A stretch of DNA of 64,000 bases from assembly GCF_006345805.1 (NCBI RefSeq), contig NC_043005.1, positions 52,638,001 to 52,702,000 on the forward strand, in the 5' to 3' direction. This DNA comes from Octopus sinensis (taxonomy: Eukaryota). The position numbers and the translations under genes were made by a program. The notes under the pieces were generated by a model. The model worked only from the letters and a program-made list of their open reading frames with translations, had not been told where the DNA came from and did not search any database. Positions 25,317 through 40,611 of this stretch are shown here, one piece after another (position 1 is the first letter of the stretch; every line of letters begins with the position of its first letter).

Positions 25317-26849
25317 GATACATGTGAGTGTGTGAGCGTTTGTTGTTATGCTTTTGCATCTGTCTACGAGCTTTTTGTTCTCTGTAAACATGAATTATTG
25401 CTTTCCTTCTTGAATCCATTTAATTGAAAACCTGCAAAAAAAAAAAAGAAAACACATGTACGTTTTATATACTTAATTGTTGTTGTTTTCTATTAAGTCA
25501 TTTATTGGTAGTATCTTGTTGTGGGAGACAATTTTCAATGCATTCATTCATGAGAAGCTATTTGTTTCTTCAGTTCATGGAATTTTTAGATGTAAATCTT
25601 CATGAAACGCATAAAAACCGAGCATGAAACTCAGCCTCGTTTCGGTTCAAATTTTAACCAATTAGCCAAACCAATTACTCTTACTCGGTTATTCTTAATC
25701 ACTGGTGCTTAAAAAGTTCTGTAAATAGTAAATCAATAAAGCTTTGATCCAATAAGAGTGCATCTATTTAGTTGCTTATTATACTAGAAATAGCGGCTGA
25801 ATATGAAGCAAGTCATACCTTGTCATCTAAAACGATAAAGTCCGTTGTATGATGCCGTCTTAAATATAACTTATCTGATTGGAGCCTGGCTGTTTATAAC
25901 CCGAGTGTTATAGGATTGTAAAAGCGTGTGACTAAGTGTTTCGGGCGTTCGAATTAAGATCATATGGTCGTGAGCTCGTGTGGTCGTATGTAGTGGTTTC
26001 ACCAATTCCAGATTTTCTCAGTATCTTTAAGACTGTACATGAGATTTGACTCTTGCTTATAGCAACCTTTTTCTATGGCAAAGCTGAGCAGGCAGAATGG
26101 TTAGCACGCTGGACAAAATGGTCAACGCCATTTCGTCCCTCTTTATCTTCCGCGTTCAATCACAATTTCGCCGAGATCGATTTTGCGTCTCATCATTTCG
26201 GGATCGATGAAATAAGTAACAGTCAAATACTGGGGTCGATGAAATCGCCTCTCTCACCTCCTCAAATTTCAGGCCTTGTCTTTACAAGAGAAAGGATTAT
26301 TCAGTCAGGCTGTCGAGACTTTTCTTTAACATTAGATATTACAATTTTTACTACGCTAACCCGCACATAAATTTAGTTAACCTATAGGCTGAAAGATCTG
26401 ATTTGTTAAGTCATATCTATGCATGCATATGTGTGTATGTGTGTGTGTGTATCTGAAGCCACCATGAATCTGTCTCATTTCCTGCTACTTGATCTCCAAG
26501 AGCCTAACTAGCTACGTATTTTCTAAGAATCTACGAAACTTTAAATTGCTTGGAACCACAATTATTACCAGTTGTGCTGAGTGCCACTTTCTCATGTATA
26601 TATTTCTCCACTCACTCATGTATATATGGATTTGGTTGACAGAAACTGAGAAAAGCACGCAGTACAACAGTTCCATATATCTATCTATCTATCTTCTATC
26701 TATCTATCTATCTATCTGTTTGTCTGTCTGTCTGTTTATCTGTCTATTTATCTATCTACCTGTCTGTCTGTTTGTCTGTCTATATAAAGGGTAAGTGAAA
26801 AGTAAGTAAGCAATAAAAATTGATAATAAAATTCATATTCCTTTTACAA

Positions 26850-27544
26850 ATTTATTGAAACAAATGTTACATGTTCTTTATTACATAGGAAAATGAAAGT
26901 AAATCTTCGTATTTCAACGTAAGCACCGGTGGGGTCAACCACTTCCTTCAAACGGCCAGGGATGGAATGAACAACCTTCTCGAGGACGTCGTCTGTGATA
27001 TCATTGAGAATTTCTTGAATCTGTGTTTCCAAGTGCCCCAGTGTGCGAGGTTTTGTCGTGTACACATCCTCTTTTGTGTAACCTCACAGGTAAAAAAAAT
27101 TCTCATAGTGTGAGATCTAGATTTTTTTGAGTTCTGGACTTCTGGACTTCTGCGGTCATAGTCTTCAGGTTTTAGCTCCTGCACGTAATGGAGTTTTCAC
27201 GGACGAAAATTCAATTCCTCATGCAACACCGTACGTATTGTGTGTCTTGTTAGTCCACTTTCACGAACTGCTTGACATGTTGATCTTTGCAGGCTGCGAT
27301 TAAACATTTCCTGCACTGTTGCCACGTTCTCCGCTGATCGGGATGCGGTTGGACGGCCACTTGTTGCATCGTTCACAGAGCCCGTGGTCATCAACTTTGC
27401 ATGACAACTTACTGTCTCCGGACGTAATGTTGCATGCTTTCCTTTTCATGCACGCCACCATCTCTGAACCAAAACAATGGAATTCCACACTTCATTGCGT
27501 GTTGCTATCTTAGCTTCCTCCTGAACCGTCAAGAGACCAGCCAT
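26850..27544 (-). pseudogene. Tc1/mariner-superfamily transposase remnant with internal deletion of most of the DDD/E core
   Basis: MAGLLTVQEEAKIA...LVQRWWRA*...SGRPTASRSAENVATVQEMFNRS...RP*KLHYVQELKPEDYDRR is fused to a frameshifted (SP)DLTLCEFF.LWGYTKEDVYTTKPRTLGHLETQI...GAYVE. Confidence 0.8.
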
Positions 27545-28049
27545 CTGGAAAATAAAAAATAACAAATAAAATAACAAGAAAATAAGAATTCCCCATTATT
27601 GTTGTTTGGTTAAAAAAATTTCCGTTATGATTTCAGTGATACTAAAAATTCTATAAACAATTTCGAATGTATGTGTGTGCGTACACATACACATCTGTAG
27701 ATATGCATTATGAATGTGAGTCTACCATCACCACTGGGCACCCGATGTTGGTTTCTTTACGTCCCCGTAAGTTAGCGGTTCGGCAAAAACAATAGACAGA
27801 ATAAGTCCCAAGCTTACAAAATAGAAAACAAGGTATATGTTTGATTATTAGCGGGGTTTAAGAACCTCGGAGGCGGTGCTGCAGTCGACCAAGAGAAACC
27901 AGTAAAAACGAAATACGTACATGCACATATACATACATACACGCCACACACCACACACACACATATACTATATGTGTATGTATATATATATATATATATA
28001 ATATATATATATATATAATATAGATAGATAGATAGATAGATAGATAGAT

Positions 28050-28081
<32 letters not shown>

Positions 28082-28624
28082 TGAAATTTTGAATTTACTT
28101 CACGGTTCCCTAGTACTACCTTTGCGGATCACCAGGGATCCGCAGACCTACGTGATACTACATATCATCAACAACTGCAAAACCACCACTGCCACCACGA
28201 ATAACAACTGCAACAACAGCAGTACATACATTTTCGCATCCTTACGTTAACTGACTAAATGCACCTACACACGATACCTATTCACACAAATGATGAAATA
28301 CGGAGCTAGTTCTTTGACACAGAATATACATGCAGAGTTAAAGTCGAGGCAAATAGTCAACACTCGCATTTAGAAGATTAGTAGCCCGATGATACACGGA
28401 AAATTCCAGCAAGCTTCTTACTCCTACAAAATCTTGAATCTCGTGACATAGAAAAGTTGTTTCAAGCGATTTGATTAATTACTCTTTGGGGAATTGACGA
28501 ACTTTAAACGATTCTCTAAGGTAAAAACTATTGTGAAACATTTCTTCTATTGATATTCGATTATGAAATTCATGCATTCTACGTTTCCTCTCTTCTCACG
28601 TGAATTCTGTAATTAAACAGTGAA

Positions 28625-28631
28625 GAATATT

Positions 28632-28684
<53 letters not shown>

Positions 28685-28878
28685 TATCATTAGTAGTAGT
28701 AGTAGTAGTAGTAGTAGTATTACTTTTATTATTGCTGTTATTGATTTTGTTGTTGTTACTGTAGTTGTCGTTGGTGGTGGTGGTGGTGGTGGTGGTGGTG
28801 GTGGTGGTGGAGGTGTTGGTCATGGAGATGTTGGTCGTGGTGGTGTTGGTTGTGGTGGTGGTGGTGGTGGTGGTAGCT
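28625..28878. repeat. Compound trinucleotide microsatellite (CAT/TAG/TTG/GGT), representative of many
   Basis: Read directly. Similar arrays at 34980-35137, 36440-36727, 37150-37358 (GAA) and 55660-55810; (TA)n, (CA)n, (TAGA)n and (CATA)n occur throughout. Confidence 0.97.
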
Positions 28879-29138
28879 GTTCGTATTCTTGAAAGCAGTA
28901 GTGGAGAAAGTATTCAAAGTCTTTTGGCTTGTTCCTGATGAAATCGTCTAACATGTGCAGTCTCTCCAGTGCAATTTAATAAGCGACGAAGCTAAATGTA
29001 GGTAGGAGATAAAAAAAAATACGTGGACACACATTCAAACAAACGCTTAAACACCTATACACTTACGTAGCCACATGCACATATGTACATCTATATATAT
29101 ATACTTGTGTCTGTGCCTGTATATGTATATACATGATT

Positions 29139-29170
<32 letters not shown>

Positions 29171-30468
29171 GCACACACATACATATATACAAACGCAAAG
29201 AAAGACTGAGAGAAAGAGTGGTGTATATGCTTGTATGAATGTATGTATGCGTGTGTATTTACAAATATATACATATATTATATATATATAATATATTATA
29301 TATATATACGTATACATATTCATGCATACAAATCACACAATCACACACGCACATATGTATATATATATTATATATATATATATATATATACATTTATTTA
29401 TATATAGTAATCTGGACACATCTACACAGAGGCATATATGTGTGGGGGTGTATACTTATGCATATATATATATATGGATATCCTTGCATACATATTCTCT
29501 CCTACAACCACATATGTGTGTGTATGTGTGTGGTTATATATATATATGTGTGTGTGTGTGTATGTGTGTCCATGCTTGTATGCGTCACTATGTGTGTGTT
29601 TGTATCTTTTATTTATTCAATCAGTAGTGTGCATCAAATAGTAGCTAATTTGGCAGAGAATAATTCTTAAGCAGCATATTCAATGTTGTAATACGGAATG
29701 CGAAAACAAAGCCAATAAAAAAAAATAAGAAAAGAGAAAAATACAAACAAAAAAAGGCAATAATACAAAACACTAAGCTAAGTTTCCGAAATCTGTATTT
29801 TGCTCTTGTTTTGATCGCTTAACTGATTTAGAGTGCATATCAGTGGAGAAATCCATAACTATGGAATTATGAAGCAGCTGTTCGTTAAGAGATAAGCAAA
29901 GGAGAGGATTGCACAGCAGGGGAAAGAATGTAACGACCATCATATTAATTCGTCACCTTCTTTGTACGTTTCGTTACATCGCTGTCTCCATATTATGTTA
30001 TCGGTAATTCATCTTCGATAACATTCAGTGTGATACTCGAAATTAGTGGTTATGTATGTAAGTATATATATGGATGTATGCATGTATGCATGCGTGTATG
30101 TGTATGTGTGTGTGTAAGGGGGGTGTCAGTGAGTGTGTATATATGTAGTTTAGATTTGTGTAGCTATGTGTGTACGAATGAATGTATGTGCATGTGTCTG
30201 CTTGTGTGTGAATACCTGAATATTTGTGAGCATCTGGATAAGTTTGGGCTTTTGTGTGTGTACGTGGAGTATGTGTCTAGATATGTGTGAATGTGCCTGA
30301 GGTTATGTCCTTGTTAATGAGTGCGTGTGGTGTGAGTGGGTCTGGATATGTGTGTGTGTGTATATATATATATTATTATATATATATACATACATACATA
30401 CTACCCACACGCAAATATATAAACACCACACACAGACACACACACACAACACACACCCACACACACAC

Positions 30469-30499
<31 letters not shown>

Positions 30500-30506
<7 letters not shown>

Positions 30507-32618
30507 ATGGTGAATTGAGAAATGGAGCTGAACGCAGATTGACTAAATCGTTTTATTTCATTCTACACGTGTTTTCGAAAAGGCACAATTACCAAATCCG
30601 ATTGAATAATGGACCATATTGGTCTTTTCTCTCAGGAAGAAAAATGAAATCCGTTGGAAAAACAAAACAAACATAGGCAGAGCAAAAAACAAATCGCACT
30701 GTGCTCCTAAGAGCCATGGCGACTGTTTATCAGTGTATGTTGAGAACCGGTGCTGAAGAATTCAACGGTCAGCATCGGTCAACATGTGGGTGAGGGTGTA
30801 TAGATGTTCTTTGTGACCGAGATAAAGTTCTGACTATTTAAAGAATATTGGATGTTTTAATAATGGCGAAAAAATCTATACTTAGAGCGTGTGTTGTGTT
30901 ACTGTTCTATATATGTGTGGGTTGGCGTAGGGTAGAAAACATTTTTAGACAAAGCCATCGCCAATAACTTCCCCAAAATTCCAATATTACTCCACGGTTA
31001 ACTCACATAAAGTTAGGATAGCTTTCTCCAACACTAAAAACCTCGCCCAGATATCGCCTCCCATAATAATAGGCTACTCCTAAGACCCTAACCTTTTTCC
31101 GGAGGCACAGCCTTTCCGCTCCCGGTTTTAATGCTCAGTAGGAATAATTATAGTAGTAATAATGCTATGAGAGCCAGTACAGTGACACATAATCTCAGCT
31201 CCAGCCAGGGAGTACCCACTAGGGTATAGTTATAAATAGGGGTGTGTGGTTGATGGTAACAATGGGAGTAGGTAGAGAGCCCCTTTAGCATCCCCAGCTC
31301 TTTCCCGCAATAGCAGTACCACGGGGTAGCAATGACAAACACTCCGATAATAGTGGAAATCAGGGTTATTCCTATAGTTAATAGTGACTAGTGGAAAATA
31401 GAGTAGAAGCGGCTGCAAGTCCTCGAACGAATATAGTGACAGGAACGCAGTTCTAATTTCAGAAACCAATCCTAGCAGAGTAAGATCACGTCGGCGACTC
31501 CAAGATCAAAAAACGCCGTCTACCAATGCAAGTGTACACGGACTCAGATGCCTTCACTTATATAGGGCATCATCCTCAAGATTGTCTTTGCGTGTCTCCA
31601 ACCATTACGCAACTTTTCGGACGTGACCAAGCGCCAGACCACGGGACTCAGTAAGCAATATTGGCGACTGAAGGATGCGAACTTAGCTATAGGCTGGAAT
31701 GGTCAATTTTTGTCGGTGGCCCTCCCATTTGATAGGGGCAGAAACAGTGCAACCTTTGTGTCTCCGAACTCTCCATATTTTGTTTGCCAGAGGCCGGATG
31801 GTAACCGGGCTCTTACAGTCGGCTTTTCTCGATGCCCCCATGGCGCGTTACACTTATCTGGCCTTTAAATAGCGTTTATAAATAAGACCGGCACCCATAG
31901 CCCTTGGTAACAAATTCTGAAATAGATTTTAAGATATCTACAATTAACCACTGCAAGGGACATTACTCCTGTAAGACAACCGGGCTTGTTTTTCACAGCG
32001 GGGGGTTTCCTTGTCAAGTAGTCTTAGATTAACACACACACACACACATAAAACATAAAATATATATATAAAATTTCTTTATTTTTTTTCTTCTGCCACC
32101 CAACGGTTATCACGGCAGTAGCCACTGACAGCCGAACGATCAAACGCACACACTACACACAAAATGTTTTTACTACCCTCGCAACACACACATATATGAA
32201 CAGTATACACACACACACGTCTCTAAGTAGATTTTTTCTCGCCCCTTATAAAACATCCAATATTCTTTAAATAGTCAGAACTTATTCTCGTCACAAAGAA
32301 CATCTATACACCCTCACCCACATGTTTGACCGTGCCTGACCTGTTGATTCTTCAGCCACCGGTTCTCAACATACACTGATAAACAGTGTCGCCATGGGCT
32401 CTTAGAGCACAGTTCGATTTGTTTTTTGCTCTGCCTCTGTTCTGTTTTTGTTTTTCCAACGGATTTCCTTTTTTCTTCCTGAAGAGAAAGAACATATGGT
32501 CCCATTATTCAATCGGATTTTGGTAATTTGTGCCTTTCGAAACACGTGTAATATGAAATAAACGATTTCTGTTCAATCTGCGTTCAGCTCCATTTCTTCA
32601 ATTCACCAAAATGTTTTT
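30500..32618. mobile_element. 2.1-kb element with ~440-bp inverted repeats, each carrying an outward-facing hammerhead motif; non-autonomous Penelope-like candidate
   Basis: 30500-30945 is the reverse complement of about 32160-32618, with scattered substitutions and indels. Left end abuts (TA)n. Confidence 0.75.
32473..32558 (+). ncRNA. Candidate type-I hammerhead ribozyme in the right inverted repeat
   Basis: CTGAAGA (32479-85), GAAAG...CTTTC stem II, GAAAC (32539-43), ACGT, GTA (32548-50). Stem I is better preserved in the left copy (30556-30642, minus). Confidence 0.6.
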
Positions 32619-32792
32619 ATTTCAATTATCCGCACCAACGCACGGTTGCAACGCCAGATGGTTGTACCTCCAACCGTGCTGTTCACTGCTGTGATTTTTG
32701 CTACTAAGGTACGGTTAATTTTTGATTATCTACTACAAGATTATTCATCTTTCTATTTCACAATTATAATATAATATATATATACATGTGAA

Positions 32793-33090
32793 TACGCGTG
32801 GCTTAGTGGTTAGGACATTCGGCTCACGATCGTAAGGTCGTGAGCTCAATTCCTGGCGAAGTGTTGTGTCCTTGAGCAAGACACTTCATTTCACGTTGCT
32901 CCAGTCCACTCAGCTGACAAAAATGAGAAGGACCTGTATTTCAAAGAGCCAGCCTTGTCACAGTATGTGTGTAATGCTGAATCTCCCTGAAAAAAACTAG
33001 GTTAAGTGCTAAGCCACTTGCACGTCAGTTTCACGAACAAGCTGTTCTGTTGATCCTAGCAGCTAGTACTCTAGTCGTCGTAACCGAGTG
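32793..33090 (+). mobile_element. SINE family C (head + core-like module + tail 1)
   Basis: cgcgtggcttagtggttagg...gtgtccttgagcaagacact...ccactcagctgacaaaaatgag...gtcgtcgtaaccgagtgc. Homologues at 42165-42335, 53255-53580 and, tail only, 45665-45820 (minus). Confidence 0.8.
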
Positions 33091-33152
33091 CTCCTCCTCT
33101 ACATATACACACATACATACATATATACATCATATATATTATAGTCTATATG

Positions 33153-33206
<54 letters not shown>

Positions 33207-34011
33207 CAGACACACACACACACACATATATATATATCGTCACGTTGTCAGGTGACTGATTAGGCTATCAGATATTGTTAAACATCGCTGGTCACAATGC
33301 CTCTTTTTCTTAACTTTCAAATGACGCCACCCCTCTGGCTAAGTGAGCATGCCAACAATGCTCTCCACTTTGATCGAAGGGTACCTGTAACAATGTGAAA
33401 TGAAATGTTTTACTCAAGAACATACGCGTCGCCCACTAAGGGAATCGAACCCATAATCTAACGATCGTAATTGCAACACCCTTACTGCTATATATATATA
33501 TATTATATATATATATATATAATATATATATCAAACTATTTATGCCAAAGTGTAGCTGATGAGGTGTCCTCTTTAAAACTATTAACAGTTTCCAATTTAG
33601 TTGAAAACTGAATTAGTGGTGAATCTTGGAAGTTGCTGCGATTGACGAAATGGTGGACTTAAGAATATATTCAACCACTACCATGGTTGAATGATTTAAT
33701 ATGTTTGTTGTGTGTGTGTATATGCTTGCATGTTGGATCTCTATCGTTATACGATGAGGATTTAGTAAGAGGTTAAGTATTCCACAGACATGAGAACCCT
33801 TTTGGTAATTCTCAGTCAGAATCAATGTGACAGAGAGCGTGACATGGCTGTACCTTTTGAATTAGAAGCAGCCCCAACCCCATTTGACTGTCATCTATAC
33901 ACATTCCGTGAACAGAATTTTGCTTAGAACTAAGAGTCGATGGAGGCTGTAAAAAGGAAATAGATTTGCCCAAGATTTTCACGCAGTGGTATTGTAGCTG
34001 AACCCATTTGG

Positions 34012-35137
<1,126 letters not shown>

Positions 35138-35140
35138 CTC

Positions 35141-35903
35141 ATTTATTTGCCACAAATGCGAAGGATGAGCGAGATAATACAGAGACAGACATGAAGTGTG
35201 GTGGGGTTATATATATAATAATGAAATGATAAAAAAATAACAATAAGTATACACGGAATACACTGAAAAAGAAGACATATGCATAGCATACAAAGATTTT
35301 TAAAAAATGGCGGAGAGAATGATAGAAATGTGAACCTCCTGGTAAAGAAAGGCCTCTGGGATAATCGAGGAACCCCACTGTCAGACATTTCTCTGAAATC
35401 GTAGGAGCAAGTGCCCTCTCCAATTCCTTCTCTCCGATTCACAGGTCTACACTGAAAGAATTACCATCCACTCTTGCCATGGTCGCAATTTTCACCCACC
35501 TTTAGATAAATTCACTCGAGGACAGCACTTCCCTCTCCACTCTCAATTTCCTTTTCAAGTGAAACTGGAAAAAGTCGATGAGACCAAATGCATCTGTCCT
35601 CATGCCGTTCAGCCTTGTTCACCAAACAACATCATTCGCCACAGCCACCAGGCAAAGGAAAACTGCCTTGCCTGCTCGATAGAAGGAGGGCGGCGGTGCG
35701 ATCATCACTACACGCTCGACCGACAGACGGATCCGTCCCACACGTGACAGCAGCTGTTCAACAAAGCCCCACAAGTCAGCAATTCCCGGACATTGAACGA
35801 GTACTTGCAGAATGGTTTCGTCACTCCGCGCGCACCTCTGACATCCGTGCCTGTCTCGAACCGGTAGCGCCCCACCCCCGTAGCACTGCCAGGCCAAGGA
35901 TAT
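35141..35903 (-). mobile_element. Tx1/L1-clade LINE 3' end (zf-RVT CCHC region + 3' UTR)
   Basis: LPVRDRHGCQRCARSDETILQVLVQCPGIADLW...RKLRVERE...RWVK. The UTR ends in gcatttgtggcaaataaa. Confidence 0.8.
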
Positions 35904-36058
35904 CTGAATAACAATAATAATATTAATAGTTCACACGAATTCCGTAAACACTTCACAGTAATGTACGAGTCAAGTACTGTAATTATTCTAATCTGTTATA
36001 TTTTTCCTTTACTCACATAACATACGTCGCGCGTGCAACACACACGCAAATACACTCA

Positions 36059-36089
<31 letters not shown>

Positions 36090-36473
36090 CCAGAGATTTG
36101 GGGCCATGTGCTATGTAAGAAATCAATTATGTTGGTAGTTACATGTTTGTACATGAAAACAAATGTTAGCGTGTTTGTGTGTACACATGCACATTGCATA
36201 TGCGTACGCACACGCAGACGTGCGTACAAAACGCAGTCAGACACACACACATATACATATATGCACAGTTACACATGTGCACACTAATTCGCAGTCACTA
36301 ATTACTTCCTGAGTCATTATTAGAGATGTAGTTTGAACTGTATGTGACCTGAATATTCGCTCGTCAGAGTTAATGCTAGTTTTAATGAGTGAACGAGTGT
36401 CTTACGAAGACAAAAAAAAAAAATATAATAAAACAGGATAAAATAAATACACAACAACAACAACAACAATAAC

Positions 36474-36508
<35 letters not shown>

Positions 36509-36536
36509 TAATAATAATAATAACAACAACAACAAC

Positions 36537-36579
<43 letters not shown>

Positions 36580-36585
36580 GTAGTA

Positions 36586-36659
<74 letters not shown>

Positions 36660-36669
36660 AATAATAATG

Positions 36670-36727
<58 letters not shown>

Positions 36728-37479
36728 AAATTAAAAACAAAATGGTGCTCATGGCCAAGACGATTATATTGAAAACAGTTTCAACAGCAATAAGATTAAA
36801 ACTCACAATAGCAACAACAACAATAGAAAACAATAACATTAACAACGATGACTCTTGTGCTATCTTTTGGCTGTTTCAACGAGTATGTTGTTTGACGTCC
36901 TACAATTTGAAATGCTAAATGATCGATGCTTTTTCCGAGAAACAGTGGAAGCATACTCATTCACACACACACAAGATATTCACCAAGCCCTTCACGTTGA
37001 GGTCGAAAATTAATTTAAATAAATAAGTAAATTAATGAATGTATTGCAATGCTTGATCTAAATAACGTTGATTTGTTTTTCTTTTTTTCTTCTTTTTATC
37101 TTTTTTTAAAATTGTGAAAATGAAGGCGGATTGGGATGGGGTGGGGCGAATGAGGAGGAGAAGGAGGAGGAGGAGAAGAAGAAGAAGAAGAAGAAGAAGA
37201 AGAAGAAGAAGAAGAAGAAAAGGAAGAAGAAGAAGAAGAAGAAGAAGAAAAGAAGAAGAAGAAAAGAAGAAGAAGAAAAGAAGAAGGGAGAAGAAGAAGA
37301 AGAAGAAGAAGAAGAAGAAGAAGAAGAAGAAGAAGAAGAAGAAGAAGAAGAAGAAGAAACTTAGTCCATGACCTTTTTTTGCAAGCGAGCTAAAACTAGT
37401 GAGATTAATGTGGATGTGTGTGCCTTGAACATTAGTAAGTCTTTTAAGGGAACAAAAAGTCAAATGGGAGATAGTTTGA

Positions 37480-37990
37480 ACCGAGTCTGAAGGAAATTCT
37501 AGAGAGCTAGACCTCCTTTAGAGAAATCAGTGGGTGATGTGTTTAGCGTAAAATCTATGAAGGAAGTAGTTAAGAGGATAACTAATCAACCCGGTATTGC
37601 GTATCATTTTGTGATAGCAAGAAAAGAGATGGGTTGACTGGATGTTGAAGGAAAGGGTATGAAAATAACTAGTTTACAGGAACAGCGACTATTGTAGTAA
37701 AGATAGAGATGGGACAAGTGAACATGGATGAGGAGTATGAACAGAGTTTGTTCAGAAGAGCTAGAAGTGAAGAGAGCAGAATTTAAAGCAGTGGCTATTA
37801 TAGTAATGATGGGTAAAAGTAGATGGATAGGCATAACTGAAGGGAGTATGAAAATAAGCAGTTCAGAAGGATTGAAACAGTTGAAGAAACTATGGAAGAG
37901 ATATAAGGAGTGGACATAGTGGAAGCATTCGGAGTTAGTTTACAGGGAAAGAGAATGTTCTAGCAGCGATAATAGGGGAAATAGTCCGTT
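37480..37990 (-). mobile_element. Highly decayed CR1/Jockey-like 3' fragment
   Basis: LYLYYNSRCSCKLVIFIP resembles the LFYRYY.GRCS.EL motif of CR1-group ORF2 C-termini. Weak evidence. Confidence 0.3.
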
Positions 37991-38749
37991 AGTGTGTTAA
38001 TAGCTGTAGCGTTTTAGGGATTAAATATTTATGAGTCATATATTTTTCTCTTTTCTGTTTAGAATGTGATCTCGGATGATTGTGTGTAGGATAGTATTTA
38101 ACTGCTATTTCTAAATTTCTGTATGTGGTGAAGCAATTTTGCTGAACCCTAATTATAATTATACTTATAATTATAGAATTTTTGTATAAGGTTACCGATG
38201 ATGGTTCTTTTAAACATAACGAACTACTTGGTAAAATTATTAATTATTAGTTATTAATTAATTGTACCACTTATTATTATTGACATATATGTATATACAT
38301 ATATATATATATCACTTATTATTATTGATATATATATATGTATGTATTATCTATATATATCCATTATTTTTGTTTGTTCCCCTCCACAGCTAGACAAACT
38401 GTGTCGGTTTGTTTACGTCCCAGTAACATAGTGGTTCGGCACAACGAATTCGTTAGAACAAGTACTAGGCTTAAAAACGAAAACAAGTAACCGAGTCGAT
38501 TCATTTGATTAAAAGTCTTTAAGGCGGTACACCAGCTTCACCGTAATCTCATGACTGAAACAAATAACCCCATAAGGGAATAAAGAACTGCGGAAACTAA
38601 ACTGGCAGTCATATACTCGGATACAATTTAAAATAAGTGCCATTCGAATAGTGGTGTTTCGTTTAGTCAAATTCATCTCTTCCTCATACTACTGACGTGT
38701 GGTTGTAAGGACAAACTAAAGAATTTCTTATCGATGGTATGCAGCGGTT

Positions 38750-38963
38750 CTCTTTTACTTGTTTCAGTCATTGGACTGCGGCCATTCTGGAGCACCGCCT
38801 TTAGTCGATCAAATCGACCCCAGGATTTATTCTTCGTAAGCCTTGTACTTATACTATTGGTGTATTTTGCCGAACTGCTAAGTTACGGGATCGTAAACAC
38901 ACCAGCATTGGTTGTCAAGCGATGTTGGGTGGACGAACACAGACACACAAACACACAAATACA

Positions 38964-39013
<50 letters not shown>

Positions 39014-39185
39014 CATACATATTTACGACGGGCTTCTTTCAGTTTCCGTCTACCAAATCCACTCACAAGGATTTGGTCGGCCCCAGACTATAGTAGAAGA
39101 CACTTGCCCAAGGTGCCACGCAGTAGGACTGATCCCGGAAACATGTGGTTCGTAAGCAAGCTACTTACCACACAGCCACTCAGGC
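38750..39185 (-). mobile_element. SINE family A, full length
   Basis: Reverse complement of 4781-5183, with internal (TA)n. Further family A pieces at about 27730-27910, 38390-38570, 43090-43330, 50925-51110, 55135-55230, 60125-60290, 62420-62545 and 63215-63415. Confidence 0.85.
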
Positions 39186-40284
39186 ACCTAAAATTTTTTG
39201 TAACACACCATTTTTAAGTATTTGTTATGCCTAGCACCAATCTCAGTGGGGAGTGTCATATCACAACTAAATTAACTTAACATGGATGGTAATTTATAAG
39301 CTTTACTCTAAAATTAGATTGTATAAGCGTTTGACAGTGAAATTATAAGAGATTAATAAATACAAACGTATATACTTTATTCAATGCAAGAGATCTCATT
39401 TCATTTTAATAACCATTTCTAGTTTTACCATGTATTATTTCTACAATAGGTAAAATTTAGAATTTTAATTATGTTACCTTACTCCACGAAAGCCTAATGA
39501 CTCCTTCGACATGCCTAGCGATCCTCTGGGGGGCGGTACCGCCCACGTTGAAAAGCTCAAGTATTGTGGAACATTATGCTCTAGTATTATAGAACAATAT
39601 CAGTTAAATACTAGGGAAGATTTAAACGACTTTATTATATATGTGTACGTGGCGTACTGCCGATGACGGAAGCCAACATGGCGAAAAGCAAATCAAGAGA
39701 CAATTGAATAGAAAAGACGAACTGATTGAGTTTAGCATTAGAGCTGAAACATGATATCTTCTGTTCACCTGTCAGTAAGCATACAAGATTAAGTCACAGC
39801 TTTGTTTCCCGAAAGAATCTAACATGAGTTTTGTGAAGTGTGAAAACGAACATCACACTAAAAGTTATACACTTGAGAAAAGGCACAGTCACAAGCGAGA
39901 GAACATATTTAACAGAATCTAATATAATATAATATAATCAGATTTTTTTCTTCTCCATTTCTGTTTATTTATTGTATTTATTTTATTTATTATGTATTTA
40001 TAGATGATCGGGGCGGCATAAGAGAGCATGCAGGCATTGTATTGATTCATACATATAAGCACGCACGCGCTCACGTACAGACACACTGCATATGTATGTG
40101 TGTAGGGGAACTGTGGTTGTATGGTTAAGAAATTCGCTTCACAATGACCCGGTTCCAGTTTCAATACCATTGCCCGGTAGTTTGGCCAAATGTCATTTTC
40201 CAAGCCACGAGTTGACACATATATCGTGAATAAAATTCGGTAGACGAAAACTGCTGAAAAACTCATCGATTTCGTATGGAAGAA

Positions 40285-40497
40285 GATGTGAAGGAAGCGG
40301 TACATAAATGGTTACACAACCAACAGAAAACCTTCTTCTTGGAGGGAATGCGCAAGCTTGTGGACCGCTAGACCAAGTGCATCGAGAAGGAAGGAGACTA
40401 TATTGAAAAATGACTTATCTCTTTATCCCCTGCTTTTGTGTAAATACATGAAAAAATAACAAACCAAATTACGTATGATTTTTACTCTTCCTCCTCT
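40285..40497 (+). mobile_element. mariner transposase 3' end plus probable right TIR
   Basis: WLHNQQKTFFLEGMRKLVDR*TKCIEKEGDYIEK*, the classic mariner C-terminus, followed by caaattacgtatgatttttactcttcc. Confidence 0.8.
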
Positions 40498-40611
40498 GTG
40501 AGTGTATATATATATATAATTATGAGTTAGAGATTATGTAACCGTCTAAGGGATAACTGTATCCGTAGGCACTACTGATGTATTACCTATGTATAAGTCT
40601 TGGTAATTTAA

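Noticed and set aside
30950-31450. NUMT explanation for the hydrophobic ORF
   Set aside because: Too GC-rich for cephalopod mtDNA, and no respiratory-chain motif is recognisable.
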